DNA from: Pseudomonadota bacterium
GTDB lineage: Bacteria > Desulfobacterota > Desulfobacteria > Desulfobacterales > JBDRRP01
Length of the DNA stretch: 24,541 nucleotides
Direction of reading: 5' to 3'
Assembly (NCBI GenBank): GCA_043825735.1
Contig: JBDRRP010000011.1
Span: 62,001 to 86,541, forward strand
Part shown: positions 1 to 9,037 of the stretch, in pieces
How positions within the stretch are numbered: position 1 is the stretch's first letter
Layout of the letters: every line of letters begins with the position of its first letter
Notes under the pieces: model-generated
The model's database searches: none
What the model saw: only the letters and a program-made list of their open reading frames with translations
What the model was told of the DNA's origin: nothing
Program-made: the position numbers and the translations under genes

Positions 1-620
1 GATGGAACCGCGTAGCGGCGCCCCAGTTCGACTGCGATCTGTTCCTGGCTGTGTTTGGACAGGGCATACTGATTGCACGGGGCCACTACCGACTCGTCGG
101 AGGCCTGCCACTGCAGCGCGGCGTCGCAATCCGGACACAAGTGATCCCACTGCCCCCGTGACAATTGCGCTTCGCTGCGGATACGGGGAAAGCGGTCGCC
201 GCCGCCCTCCGGGTGGCAGGCCGGGCAGCGGTAGCGCCCTTCTCCCATCACCGCCTGACTGGCGGCAACGATTATTTTGTGAATATCCCGATACTGCCCC
301 GTAGCCACCAGCACTTCGTAAAGCAAGGCCGTGGAAACGGCATTCACATGAAAAAATGTCGAGAAATCCGTTAGATAATCCTGATACGCGGCCAAATGAT
401 AGACGGCGTCGATCCCCTTGAGCGCCGCTTCCCATGCGGACCGCTCACGCACGTCTCCGTAAATGAATTCGATGTCAGGGTGCAGGTAGGCAGGCTTGCC
501 CGCAGGGTGCACGGCTTGCTGCAGATTGTCGAGCACCCGCACGCGGTGCCCGGTGGCGATGAGGGCATCTGCTGTGTGCGAGCCGATGAATCCGGCACCG
601 CCCGTGATGAGAATGTTCAT
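1..620 (-). CDS. NAD-dependent epimerase/dehydratase (extended SDR), runs off the left edge of the window
   Basis: Not in the ORF track; translated by hand from ATG at 620: MNILITGGAGFIGSHTADALIATGHRVRVLDNL...VYHLAA...NQYALSK. Has the Rossmann TGGAGFIG and catalytic YxxxK motifs. SD GGAGGTGA at 627-634. Confidence 0.92.
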   Translation of the reverse strand, partial: MNILITGGAGFIGSHTADALIATGHRVRVLDNLQQAVHPAGKPAYLHPDIEFIYGDVRERSAWEAALKGIDAVYHLAAYQDYLTDFSTFFHVNAVSTALLYEVLVATGQYRDIHKIIVAASQAVMGEGRYRCPACHPEGGGDRFPRIRSEAQLSRGQWDHLCPDCDAALQWQASDESVVAPCNQYALSKHSQEQIAVELGRRYAVP

Positions 621-737
621 TCGTTGTCACCTCCCCGCTAATACGACAGGAGCCTGAACAAAGGCTCCTGTCCGTCGGTGCTGGCGCTGTTGAACGGACG
701 CTGATCCATCGTCCGTCCAAAGGTGGCTGGTATGATG

Positions 738-767
738 ATTATAGCGCGAGCCCAGCGGTAGGCTCAA
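738..767 (-). promoter_or_regulatory. Putative sigma70 promoter for the epimerase gene
   Basis: Minus strand reads TTGAGC-N18-TATAAT (perfect -10 at 738-743), ~120 nt upstream of the ATG at 620. Confidence 0.55.
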
Positions 768-798
768 TACGCAACATTCAATGATCAATTCTCAATAC
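764..798. repeat. Degenerate 7-bp tandem repeat, 5 units (TCAATnn)
   Basis: tcaatac-gcaacat-tcaatga-tcaattc-tcaatac at an exact 7-bp period. Confidence 0.55.
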
Positions 799-815
799 GT
801 TTTTTGAGATAGCTT

Positions 816-1811
816 CTAGTCGCTGGCATACGTCCGATCGTCAAATATCACCTTGCTCCCGCCGGTTTCAAGCATAAAGGGCAGCTCCCGGTAGTCTCCC
901 ATGGCCTCGAACACGCGGTTCTGATATTCCCGGGGCACCATGAGCAGCAAAAAGCCGCCGCCGCCGGCGCCGGCCACCTTGCCCGCAAGGGCGCCGGCGT
1001 CGAGCGCCTGCCGGTACATCCGGTCGATCTGATCGTTGGAGATGCCGGCGGCCATCTGCTGCTTGAGCTGCCAGTTTCGAGCCAGCAGCCGCCCACAGGT
1101 CTTTAGATCCGGGCCGATCATGGCCGCCGTGAACGGATCCACCAGCCCGACCATCTCCTGCATGGATGCAAACTTATCAGCGGCTGACAGGTTTTCTTTC
1201 TGCCGTGAAAGAATCGTGTCGGCGCTGCGGGTGATGCCGGTGTAGTAGAGCAGCAGGGAGGAAGCAAAACGCCGCCGTGCCGATGAGCCCATCTCCACGG
1301 GAATCCGCAGTGTGTCATCGTCTGGGCGGAACTCGAACTGGTTGATACCGCCGTAAGCGGCTGCGTACTGATCCTGGCGGCCGATGGGTTTTCCCAGAAT
1401 ATCGATTTCAATCCGGCAGGCCTCCCGTGCCAGTTGCTCGGCCGTCACCAGTCGGTGCCGATAGGTATGCAGGGCATGCAGCAGGGCCACGGAAATAGAA
1501 CTGGAACTGCCCAGCCCGGAGCCTGACGAAGGGATGTCCGCCAGCGTGGTGATTTCGATCCCTTTTTCCACACCGGTGATGCGCATGGCTTCACGCACCA
1601 GATCGTGCTCGACGGCATCCACCGATGAGACGCACTCTTTTTTTGAGTAGTTGATGTAGATCATGTCGTCAAAACGTTCTTTGACGATGGCGTAGACATA
1701 TTTGTCAATGGCGGTGCAAACCACCTTGCCGTTGGCCTTTTCGTAAAAGGCTTTCATGTCTGAGCCGCCCCCCACGAAGCTGATGCGCAGCGGGGTTTTG
1801 ACAATGATCAT
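816..1811 (-). CDS. hddA: GHMP-family sugar kinase, D-glycero-alpha-D-manno-heptose-7-phosphate kinase (HddA)-like
   Basis: Motifs PLRISFVGGGSD, PSSGSGLGSSS, GRQDQY and GAGGGG. Start moved to ATG 1811 (MIIVKTPLR) after SD GAAGGGGAG. Family is secure; exact substrate is inferred. Confidence 0.8.
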   Translation of the reverse strand: MIIVKTPLRISFVGGGSDMKAFYEKANGKVVCTAIDKYVYAIVKERFDDMIYINYSKKECVSSVDAVEHDLVREAMRITGVEKGIEITTLADIPSSGSGLGSSSSISVALLHALHTYRHRLVTAEQLAREACRIEIDILGKPIGRQDQYAAAYGGINQFEFRPDDDTLRIPVEMGSSARRRFASSLLLYYTGITRSADTILSRQKENLSAADKFASMQEMVGLVDPFTAAMIGPDLKTCGRLLARNWQLKQQMAAGISNDQIDRMYRQALDAGALAGKVAGAGGGGFLLLMVPREYQNRVFEAMGDYRELPFMLETGGSKVIFDDRTYASD

Positions 1812-1827
1812 GTCACTGATCTCCCCT

Positions 1828-2646
1828 TCATCGGGTTTTTGGCGGACCGCTGAAGGCCACAATGCTCACACCGGCCGCATCGGCTGCCGCCACCATGTCC
1901 GCGCGATCAAAAACGACGGTCCGGTCGGCTTCAACGGCCAGTGCGCTCGCACCGGCAGCCACCATGCTCGCCACGGTCTGGGCGCCCAGTGCCGGCACGT
2001 CGAACCGGAAATCCTGGTTCGGTTTACAGACCTTCACCACGACAGCCTGACCGTTGCCCAGCCGCCCGCCGCGGGCAATGGTGGCGTCTGTGCCGTCGAT
2101 GGCTTCCACCGCCAGGACCGATCCACCGGCCACCACGACGCACTGGCCGATATCCAGATGGCCAATCTCCTTGGCGATGCGCCAGCCCACGGCCATGTCC
2201 GAAATTTCCGACGCCCCGGGCCTGCGGCGGGTCCAGCATCCTTCCGGGGCGAGCAACTCGGGCATGAGAAACGTGGAGGCTTTGATGGCGATGCCGTCTT
2301 TTTCCATGGCTCCGGCCACCGCCCGCAGAATCCCGTCATCGAGAGTGTGACGCATGCCGGCCAGAAGGGCAACGGCCTTGATATCGGGTCGCAAATCGGT
2401 AAACAGCCGGGTCTTGGTGATGCTGCCCATCATGACCGCCTGGGCCACTTCGTGCTTTTTAAAAAAACGGATGATCTTTTTCAGCTGCCCCAGATGAACC
2501 CATTCGATGGCATCGACGTACTCTCCCAGATCGGCAGCGGTTTCGCTGCGATGGGCCGCGGCCACCACCATGTATCCGGCGGCTTTGGCCGCCTTGGCGA
2601 AAAGGGCGGGAAACTGTCCCCCGCCGGCGATGATGCCGATGCGCAT
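1828..2646 (-). CDS. lpxI: UDP-2,3-diacylglucosamine diphosphatase LpxI
   Basis: IGIIAGGGQFP, LDIGQCVVV, AVEAIDGTDATIAR and KPNQDFRFDVP motifs; directly downstream of lpxA. Confidence 0.93.
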   Translation of the reverse strand: MRIGIIAGGGQFPALFAKAAKAAGYMVVAAAHRSETAADLGEYVDAIEWVHLGQLKKIIRFFKKHEVAQAVMMGSITKTRLFTDLRPDIKAVALLAGMRHTLDDGILRAVAGAMEKDGIAIKASTFLMPELLAPEGCWTRRRPGASEISDMAVGWRIAKEIGHLDIGQCVVVAGGSVLAVEAIDGTDATIARGGRLGNGQAVVVKVCKPNQDFRFDVPALGAQTVASMVAAGASALAVEADRTVVFDRADMVAAADAAGVSIVAFSGPPKTR

Positions 2647-2738
2647 AAGTCCTGATCTCCGGCGGCCGGACTGACGCCGGGAGTGGAGACCGCCGGGGCA
2701 AGCGCTGGTCCCGCACCCACCGCCGACGCCCGGCCGGT

Positions 2739-3509
2739 CTATCGTGTAATGCCTCTCTGGGAAGCCTTGATGAACTCGGTGAACCGGATCACTTCCGGAA
2801 CCTGCTCCACCTCGGCCTTCACCCGCTCCAGGGCTTCGTTCAGAGTAATACCGATACGAAAGATGATGCGGTAGGTTTTCTTCAGCTGGCTCACGCTCTG
2901 GGACGAAAAGCCGTTTCGCTTCAACCCGACGCTGTTGAGACCGTGAAGGGTGGCCCTGTCTCCGGCCGCGATGACGTACGGTGGGATGTCTTTCACAACG
3001 GCCGATTTGCCGCCGATGAACGCATATTCGCCAACCCTGACAAACTGGTGTATGGCCACCAGTCCGCCCACCGTGGCGTGATCACCGATGGTGATATGGC
3101 CGGCGAGCGTGGTGTTGTTGGCAAGGATGACGTTTCTACCGATGCTGCAGTCGTGCGCCACGTGGGTGTAGGCCATAAGGTAGCTGCCTTCCCGGATCTC
3201 CGTGAGCCCACCACCAAAGGCGGTCCCCCGGTGGATGGTGACGAACTCCCGCAGCGTGCAGCCCCGCTCGATCTGCACCCAGGTTTCCTCCCCCTTGAAC
3301 TTCACCGACTGGGGGGGCGCGCCGATGGCGGCGTACTGAAACACATTACAGTCAGGACCGATCTTGACAAAGGGATCGATGACCACGTGGGAGGCAATGC
3401 GGGTGCCGTTGCCGATAACCACGCTGGCTCCGATGATGGTGAAGGGTCCGATATGAACGTTGTCGCCGATTTCCGCTGTCGGGTCGACGATGGCCGTCGG
3501 ATGAATCAT
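2739..3509 (-). CDS. lpxA: Acyl-ACP--UDP-N-acetylglucosamine O-acyltransferase
   Basis: IHPTAIVD start, hexapeptide repeats, REFVTIHRGT, HVAHDC, HQF, KDIPPY and GLNSVGLKR. Confidence 0.97.
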   Translation of the reverse strand: MIHPTAIVDPTAEIGDNVHIGPFTIIGASVVIGNGTRIASHVVIDPFVKIGPDCNVFQYAAIGAPPQSVKFKGEETWVQIERGCTLREFVTIHRGTAFGGGLTEIREGSYLMAYTHVAHDCSIGRNVILANNTTLAGHITIGDHATVGGLVAIHQFVRVGEYAFIGGKSAVVKDIPPYVIAAGDRATLHGLNSVGLKRNGFSSQSVSQLKKTYRIIFRIGITLNEALERVKAEVEQVPEVIRFTEFIKASQRGITR

Positions 3510-3514
3510 TGGGG

Positions 3515-3970
3515 TTATCCTCCAAAAGTGGCCATAAGTTCGGCCTCCGTTACAATCTGACCGTCCACGGATGCCGTGCCGGCCATTTTCATCACTTTGG
3601 GTCGCTGCTTGAGCATGGTCAGCTCAAAAATCAGTTGATCGCCGGGAATCACCGGTTTTCTGAACCGGACCCGGTCCATGCCCATGAAGTAAATGGGGGT
3701 GGCAAGATCATAGGTGCGGCCGGTCTTGACCGCCGCCGTTTCAACGGCAAGCACACCGCCGGCCTGGGCCATGGCCTCGATGATCATGACCCCCGGCATG
3801 ATGGGCAGTCCGGGGAAATGCCCCTGAAAGTAGGGTTCGTTAATGGTGACGTTCTTCAATCCCCGGACCCGCTCGCCGGGTACACATTCCAGGATGCGGT
3901 CTATCAGAAGAAACGGGTAGCGGTGGGGCAAGCGCTCCATGATCCGCTGGATGTCGATGATGGATTCCAT
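3515..3970 (-). CDS. fabZ: 3-hydroxyacyl-ACP dehydratase
   Basis: [27 protein letters not shown] and [14 protein letters not shown] 3970 follows SD AGGTGA; alternative GTG 3979 overlaps the lpxD stop. Confidence 0.97.
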   Translation of the reverse strand: MESIIDIQRIMERLPHRYPFLLIDRILECVPGERVRGLKNVTINEPYFQGHFPGLPIMPGVMIIEAMAQAGGVLAVETAAVKTGRTYDLATPIYFMGMDRVRFRKPVIPGDQLIFELTMLKQRPKVMKMAGTASVDGQIVTEAELMATFGG

Positions 3971-3975
3971 TGGTG

Positions 3976-5040
3976 TCACCTATCTTGCTGGCCGGAAGCC
4001 TCTGCGCTGTCTTTAGCCGCCATGAGACGCGCCACCTGTTTTTTCAATTCATCCAGCTCTTTTTTGATTTCGGGCAGCCCCGGCAGCAGGCGCTGCACCC
4101 TGAGCCACACGCGGTGAGGCATTCCTGGCGCACCGCTGATGGTTTCTCCGGGAGCCACGTCCTTTGCCAGCCCGGCCCGGGGGCCGATGATGGCGCCGTC
4201 ACCGATGGTCAGGTGGCCGGCAACGCCGGCTTGGCCGGCCAGGATCGCGTGACGCCCGATGGTGACACTGCCGGAAATCCCCACCTGGCCCACCAGCAGC
4301 GTTTCGGCGCCGATGGTACAATTGTGGGCCACATGCACCAGGTTGTCGGTCTTCACACCGCGCTGAATCCAGGTGCGCCCGAACGTGGCCCGGTCGATGG
4401 CGTTGTTGGCACCGATTTCCACATCATCATCGATCTGGACAATGCCGGTGTGGCGAATTTTCATGTAGCGCTCACCGTCAGGCGCAAAACCGAACCCGTC
4501 GCTGCCGATCACGGTGCCGGAATGGATGATCACACGGTTTCCCAACAGCGCGCCATCCAAAACGGTGACATTGGGAAAGATTTCGACATCGTCGCCCATG
4601 GTCACCCCCGCGCCGATGACCACCCCCGGGTGGAGTACGACCCTGTTGCCCAGCCGGCATCCGTTGCCGACAACGACACAAGGGCCGGCATGAAACCCAT
4701 CGCCGAAGGAGACGTCCCGGCCGATCACCGCGGCGGGATGGATCCCGGCCGGTGGCCGGTGCGGTGGGTAAAAATGCGAGAGCAGAACGGCAAAAGCCAC
4801 CTGCGGGCTTTTCACCCGGATGATGTTTGGCCGGTCGCCTTCAAAGCCCGCGGGTACCAGCACGGCGCCGGCCCCGGTCTCAGACAGGCTTTTCAGGTAC
4901 CGGGGCCCTGCGGCAAATGTGACATCCGCCGCCGTGGCCGTCTCAAACGCCGCAGCGCCGGAAATGATGAGGCTCCCGTCGCCGGAAAGGCTACCGCCGA
5001 CCATATCGGCCAACTGCGAAAGCGTTGTTTCCGGTGTCAC
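3976..5040 (-). CDS. lpxD: UDP-3-O-(3-hydroxyacyl)glucosamine N-acyltransferase
   Basis: IGSDGFGF, EIGANNAIDRATF, KTDNLVHVAHNC and hexapeptide repeats. GTG 5040 is spaced correctly from SD AAAGGAGG; the ORF track uses 5049. Confidence 0.96.
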   Translation of the reverse strand: MTPETTLSQLADMVGGSLSGDGSLIISGAAAFETATAADVTFAAGPRYLKSLSETGAGAVLVPAGFEGDRPNIIRVKSPQVAFAVLLSHFYPPHRPPAGIHPAAVIGRDVSFGDGFHAGPCVVVGNGCRLGNRVVLHPGVVIGAGVTMGDDVEIFPNVTVLDGALLGNRVIIHSGTVIGSDGFGFAPDGERYMKIRHTGIVQIDDDVEIGANNAIDRATFGRTWIQRGVKTDNLVHVAHNCTIGAETLLVGQVGISGSVTIGRHAILAGQAGVAGHLTIGDGAIIGPRAGLAKDVAPGETISGAPGMPHRVWLRVQRLLPGLPEIKKELDELKKQVARLMAAKDSAEASGQQDR

Positions 5041-5075
5041 CGGTGTCACCTCCTTTCAGTGTCGGGCCGCTGGTT

Positions 5076-5618
5076 TCAGGAACTCTTGGCCGCTTTGGCG
5101 GCGCTGGCATCATATTGTTTAATCACCTTATCGGTGATGTCTACCGAATCAGGAGCATAGACCACGCCGGCCTCTTTTTTTTCAATAATCAGCAGAAAGC
5201 CTTCCTTCTTGCCGATCTCGACGACGAGCCCCTCCACCTGGTTGCGGATCCGCTGGATGTGCTCGAACTGAAGCTGGCGGGCGGCATTGCCATATTCCTG
5301 CTGCATTTTCTGGAAATCGCCGATCTGGATGCGGATGTCGCGTTCTTTCTCCATGCGCTGCTCTTTGCTCATGACCAGCGATTCGCGCTCAAAATCCTTC
5401 TGAGCCGCCTGAATCCCGTCTCCCTTTTTCTGGAGCGTCGCTTCCCACTGCTTACCCTTGCTGTTGATCTCTTCCTGCGCCGCTTTGCCCTGAATGGAAA
5501 CGTCCAGAATGCGCTGGAAATCGATGATTCCGATCTTCGCCACATCTGCGCTCATCGCGGGGGCAACCGAAAAGCCGGCCAGCATCACCGCCGCCACCAT
5601 TATGGAAAGTGTTCTCAT
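5076..5618 (-). CDS. skp: OmpH/Skp periplasmic chaperone
   Basis: Signal peptide, KIGIIDFQRIL, coiled-coil middle and C-terminal DITDKVIK; lies between bamA and lpxD. Confidence 0.93.
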   Translation of the reverse strand: MRTLSIMVAAVMLAGFSVAPAMSADVAKIGIIDFQRILDVSIQGKAAQEEINSKGKQWEATLQKKGDGIQAAQKDFERESLVMSKEQRMEKERDIRIQIGDFQKMQQEYGNAARQLQFEHIQRIRNQVEGLVVEIGKKEGFLLIIEKKEAGVVYAPDSVDITDKVIKQYDASAAKAAKSS

Positions 5619-5655
5619 GCGTCATCCCCTTTTGGTTACTGTTTGATGATTTGTA

Positions 5656-8310
5656 CTAGAAAGCCGTTCCCATGGCAAACTCCCACCGGCCGCCTTCTGA
5701 CCCGCCGGGTTCGGGATCCAGAATGTGGCCGTATTCAAGCCGGATGGGGCCCATGGGCGAATACCAGCGAACGCCGGCGCCGATGCTCTCGCGCAGGTTG
5801 CCCAGAGCGATGTCCTGATCGGCCGAATAGAGATCACCGGTATCAAAAAAGACCAGCCCGACCACACCGGCATCCTCGAGCAGCGGGAACAGGATTTCCA
5901 GGTTGACCTGAACGAATTTTTCCCCCCCCACATAGGACTGCAAGCCCAGCGAGTTGGTCACCACCGGACTCAGATCCTCATAGGTGAACCCGCGCAGGGA
6001 GTTGATGCCGCCCAGATAAAATTTGTCGTAGTCCGGCAGGATTTTATCGTCGTGCTTCCATACGATGCCGGTCTTGCCGTGGGCAAAACCGGTGAACCGC
6101 CAAAATAACGGGTGGTACCAGCCGGTTTCCAATACCACTTTGGTAAACCCGATGTCCCCGCCCAGACCGGCGTATTGCACTGTCGCTGAACTGTTATTTC
6201 CCCGAGTGGCGTTGAACCGGCTATTGGTGGAATCGTATCGCAGGGTCGAAGAAATGCTGCTGTTGGAAAGAAGGCCCTTGAGCTCCTTGATGGAATCGGC
6301 AGCCGTAATGTCAACATCGGCGATTTCGGTCTGGTCATAAGAATAGGAGCCGTAGAGCCGGGTGTAGTTCCATACGGGGTAGCTGCTGCTGAGGGTGCCA
6401 CCGAGGCTTTTTTTCGTATAAGTGTCGTACTCGTAGTCCCAGGCATATACTTCAAAACCGGCCGACAGCGGTATATCAAAGAGCCAGGGTTCGGTTAAAC
6501 CCAGGCGATATTGGGTGGAGCGCCCACCGAGGGTGGCCGACAAATTCAGTAGCTGCCCCCTCCCGAAGAGGTTACGCTGGGATACGGATACCGTGCCGAA
6601 CAATGACTCCGTGCTGCTGTACCCGCCACCGAAGCTGAACGCGCCGGTCTGCTTTTCGGTGACATCGATCTTCAGCAGCATCTTGTCATCGGCACTCCCC
6701 TTTGGGGTGTCCACCTTGATATCCTCAAAGAAATCCAATCGATACAGACTGCCGACACCCGCTTTCAATCGGCGGCCGCTGTAGAGTTCCTGCTCATACA
6801 CCCGGAGTTCCCGGCGGATGACCTTGTCACGGGTCTTGCTGTTGCCGTTAATAATGATCTTCTCAAAATAGACCTGCTGACCTTTGTCGATGGTATACAC
6901 CACATCCACCAGCAGTTTCTCACGGTCTTCACTGATCTGGGGCATCACATTGGCATACGCGTATCCCTCATCGGAGACGGAATCGGTGAGCGCCAGCACA
7001 TCGTTGCGGAGACGTTCCCGGCTGAAATACGGTTCTGCGCCGATCTGCAGCCGTGCAAGGAGGAGCGCCTTGGGAACCACCATGTCTCCGCTGATATCGA
7101 CATTGCCGACCTTGAAGCGCTCGCCTTCCACGATCTTGAAGGTGACGTGGATCCCTTTTTCTTGAAAATCCACCACCGGCTCACCCACTTTGGCCTCGAT
7201 AAAGCCATTATTCTGATAGAAGGCCGAAATGCGGCTCGAATCCTGTTCGAGTTCGTCCGGTTTGAGTTCCCCGGAACTGGTAATGAAAGAAAAAATACCT
7301 TTTTCGGATGTTTCGATGAGCTTTTGTAGCTTGCCGGCCGTATAGGTTTTATTGCCCTCAAAGGAGATCTTGGTAATCTTGAGTTCATTGCCTTCCTGGA
7401 TCTCGAACGCCACATCCACCTGGTTGTTTGCGTCCCTTGGGGTGGCTTTGTAGGAGACCACGACGTTGTGGTAGTTCTTTTCCTTGTACAGCCCCTCGAT
7501 ACGCTGGACGTTCACGCGGATCCGGTCATTGTTGAGTACCGTTCCGGTCTTCACCGTCAGGTTCTCCATGAGTTCTTTCTCGTCGAACTCTTTGTTGCCC
7601 GTAAAGGTGACCCGCCGAATGGTCGGATTTTCCTTTAACACAAAAATGACATCGAGACCGTCTGCGCCCTCATCGGTTTCCACGCGGACATCCTCGAAAT
7701 AGCCCATTTCATATACTTTTCGCATATCCCTGACGATGTCTTTTTGCCTGAGAACATCACCGGGTTTAGCACGGACGACCCGTTTGATGGCATCGGCTTC
7801 GATACGCTGATTGCCTTCGATGCGGATGTCGGCGATCAGCTGTCGGTCAAGCACGCGCATGCTGATACGGCTGCCGACGCGTCGCAGGGCGCCGATCAAT
7901 GGATCGATACCCGCCCCCTCGACATAATAGCTCCACGGCGCATCCGTCTGGCCCGTTGGCCGCATCATTTTCAAATCCAGAGACAGTTGCCGGCCGAACC
8001 ACGACAGGCTGCCCCAGATCACATAATCGGCGCCGGCACGAATTCCCACCTCCTGCAACGATTTCAGCGTCCATTGGCTTTGGCCGGCGGCAGCGTCTTT
8101 GATATCGCCGGGCAGTGGCAGAATCTGCGCCCCTTCACGCTTTAGCTGGTTTTTTAACGCGACATCGATACGCTCGGTTTCGGCGCTCGCCGGTTGGGAC
8201 GAAAAAACGGTGAGTGGCAGCACCAATACCTGCGGCACCGCAGCCGCTGGCGTGCGCGTCGGAAAAAGACAAACCGCTGCAACCAGCAGCGGTATCAAAC
8301 GCTTGATCAT
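5656..8310 (-). CDS. bamA: Outer membrane protein assembly factor BamA with an extra N-terminal domain
   Basis: POTRA repeats (IRIEGNQRI, FTGNKEF, FEGNKTY, IIINGNSKTRDKVIRREL), barrel with LGGINSLRGF, WYSPMGPIRLEYG and terminal Phe. Start ATG 8310 (MIKRLIPLL signal peptide) after SD GAGG. Confidence 0.96.
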   Translation of the reverse strand: MIKRLIPLLVAAVCLFPTRTPAAAVPQVLVLPLTVFSSQPASAETERIDVALKNQLKREGAQILPLPGDIKDAAAGQSQWTLKSLQEVGIRAGADYVIWGSLSWFGRQLSLDLKMMRPTGQTDAPWSYYVEGAGIDPLIGALRRVGSRISMRVLDRQLIADIRIEGNQRIEADAIKRVVRAKPGDVLRQKDIVRDMRKVYEMGYFEDVRVETDEGADGLDVIFVLKENPTIRRVTFTGNKEFDEKELMENLTVKTGTVLNNDRIRVNVQRIEGLYKEKNYHNVVVSYKATPRDANNQVDVAFEIQEGNELKITKISFEGNKTYTAGKLQKLIETSEKGIFSFITSSGELKPDELEQDSSRISAFYQNNGFIEAKVGEPVVDFQEKGIHVTFKIVEGERFKVGNVDISGDMVVPKALLLARLQIGAEPYFSRERLRNDVLALTDSVSDEGYAYANVMPQISEDREKLLVDVVYTIDKGQQVYFEKIIINGNSKTRDKVIRRELRVYEQELYSGRRLKAGVGSLYRLDFFEDIKVDTPKGSADDKMLLKIDVTEKQTGAFSFGGGYSSTESLFGTVSVSQRNLFGRGQLLNLSATLGGRSTQYRLGLTEPWLFDIPLSAGFEVYAWDYEYDTYTKKSLGGTLSSSYPVWNYTRLYGSYSYDQTEIADVDITAADSIKELKGLLSNSSISSTLRYDSTNSRFNATRGNNSSATVQYAGLGGDIGFTKVVLETGWYHPLFWRFTGFAHGKTGIVWKHDDKILPDYDKFYLGGINSLRGFTYEDLSPVVTNSLGLQSYVGGEKFVQVNLEILFPLLEDAGVVGLVFFDTGDLYSADQDIALGNLRESIGAGVRWYSPMGPIRLEYGHILDPEPGGSEGGRWEFAMGTAF

Positions 8311-8320
8311 ATCTGTAACC

Positions 8321-9037
8321 TCAGGACGGTGAAACCAGTTGCCCTTCTGCAATTGTGATCGACCGCGACATGGTGGCCGCCAGCGCCAAATTATGAGTGA
8401 CCACTACCAGGGTCATGCCACGCTCGGCATTGAGTTCCGCGAGCAGGCCGTGAATTTGCTCACTGTTTTGCCGGTCCAGGTTGCCCGTGGGCTCGTCGGC
8501 CAGCAACAACTGGGGGCTCATCAACAAAGCCCGTGCCAGGGCCACCCGCTGTTGCTCGCCTCCGGAAAGCCGGGTGACGCTGTGAAACAGGCGATCCTTC
8601 AGGCCCACCCGGACAAGAATCTCCTCAGCCGCCTGCGCCGCATGGTTCACCGACCAGCCGTTGATGAGGGCCGGCATCATGGTGTTCTCCAGTGCATTGA
8701 ACTCCGGCAGCAGGTGGTGAAACTGGAAAACGAAGCCAATGGCGCGATTCCTGAAGGCCGCCAACGCACTCGGGGAATAGCTCAGAATATCTGTACCGTC
8801 AAAAATGATCCGCCCCCTGTCGGGCCGGTCCAGGGTCCCCAGCACATGCAGCAGCGTCGATTTGCCGATACCCGAAGCACCCACCACGGCCATGCTGTCG
8901 CCCGTGTCAATACTCAGGGCGGCCCCGGATAGAATGGGGATGGTCTCGCCACTGCCGCTGACGTATGATTTCCAGAGGTCTTCCATAACCAGCAAGGGGC
9001 CGGTCGACGCCGTGGCGATGGTCGCGGGCTCACCCAT
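8321..9037 (-). CDS. lolD: Lipoprotein-releasing ABC transporter ATP-binding protein
   Basis: Walker A GASGIGKS, LolD motif [20 protein letters not shown] and [12 protein letters not shown]. Start ATG 9037 overlaps the lolC/E stop, SD GGAGG. Confidence 0.94.
   Translation of the reverse strand: MGEPATIATASTGPLLVMEDLWKSYVSGSGETIPILSGAALSIDTGDSMAVVGASGIGKSTLLHVLGTLDRPDRGRIIFDGTDILSYSPSALAAFRNRAIGFVFQFHHLLPEFNALENTMMPALINGWSVNHAAQAAEEILVRVGLKDRLFHSVTRLSGGEQQRVALARALLMSPQLLLADEPTGNLDRQNSEQIHGLLAELNAERGMTLVVVTHNLALAATMSRSITIAEGQLVSPS

Noticed and set aside
5032..5049. 9-bp tandem duplication CGGTGTCAC at the lpxD start
   Set aside because: Only two units, in frame and overlapping the extended SD (GGAGGTGA). 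It only makes the start codon ambiguous.
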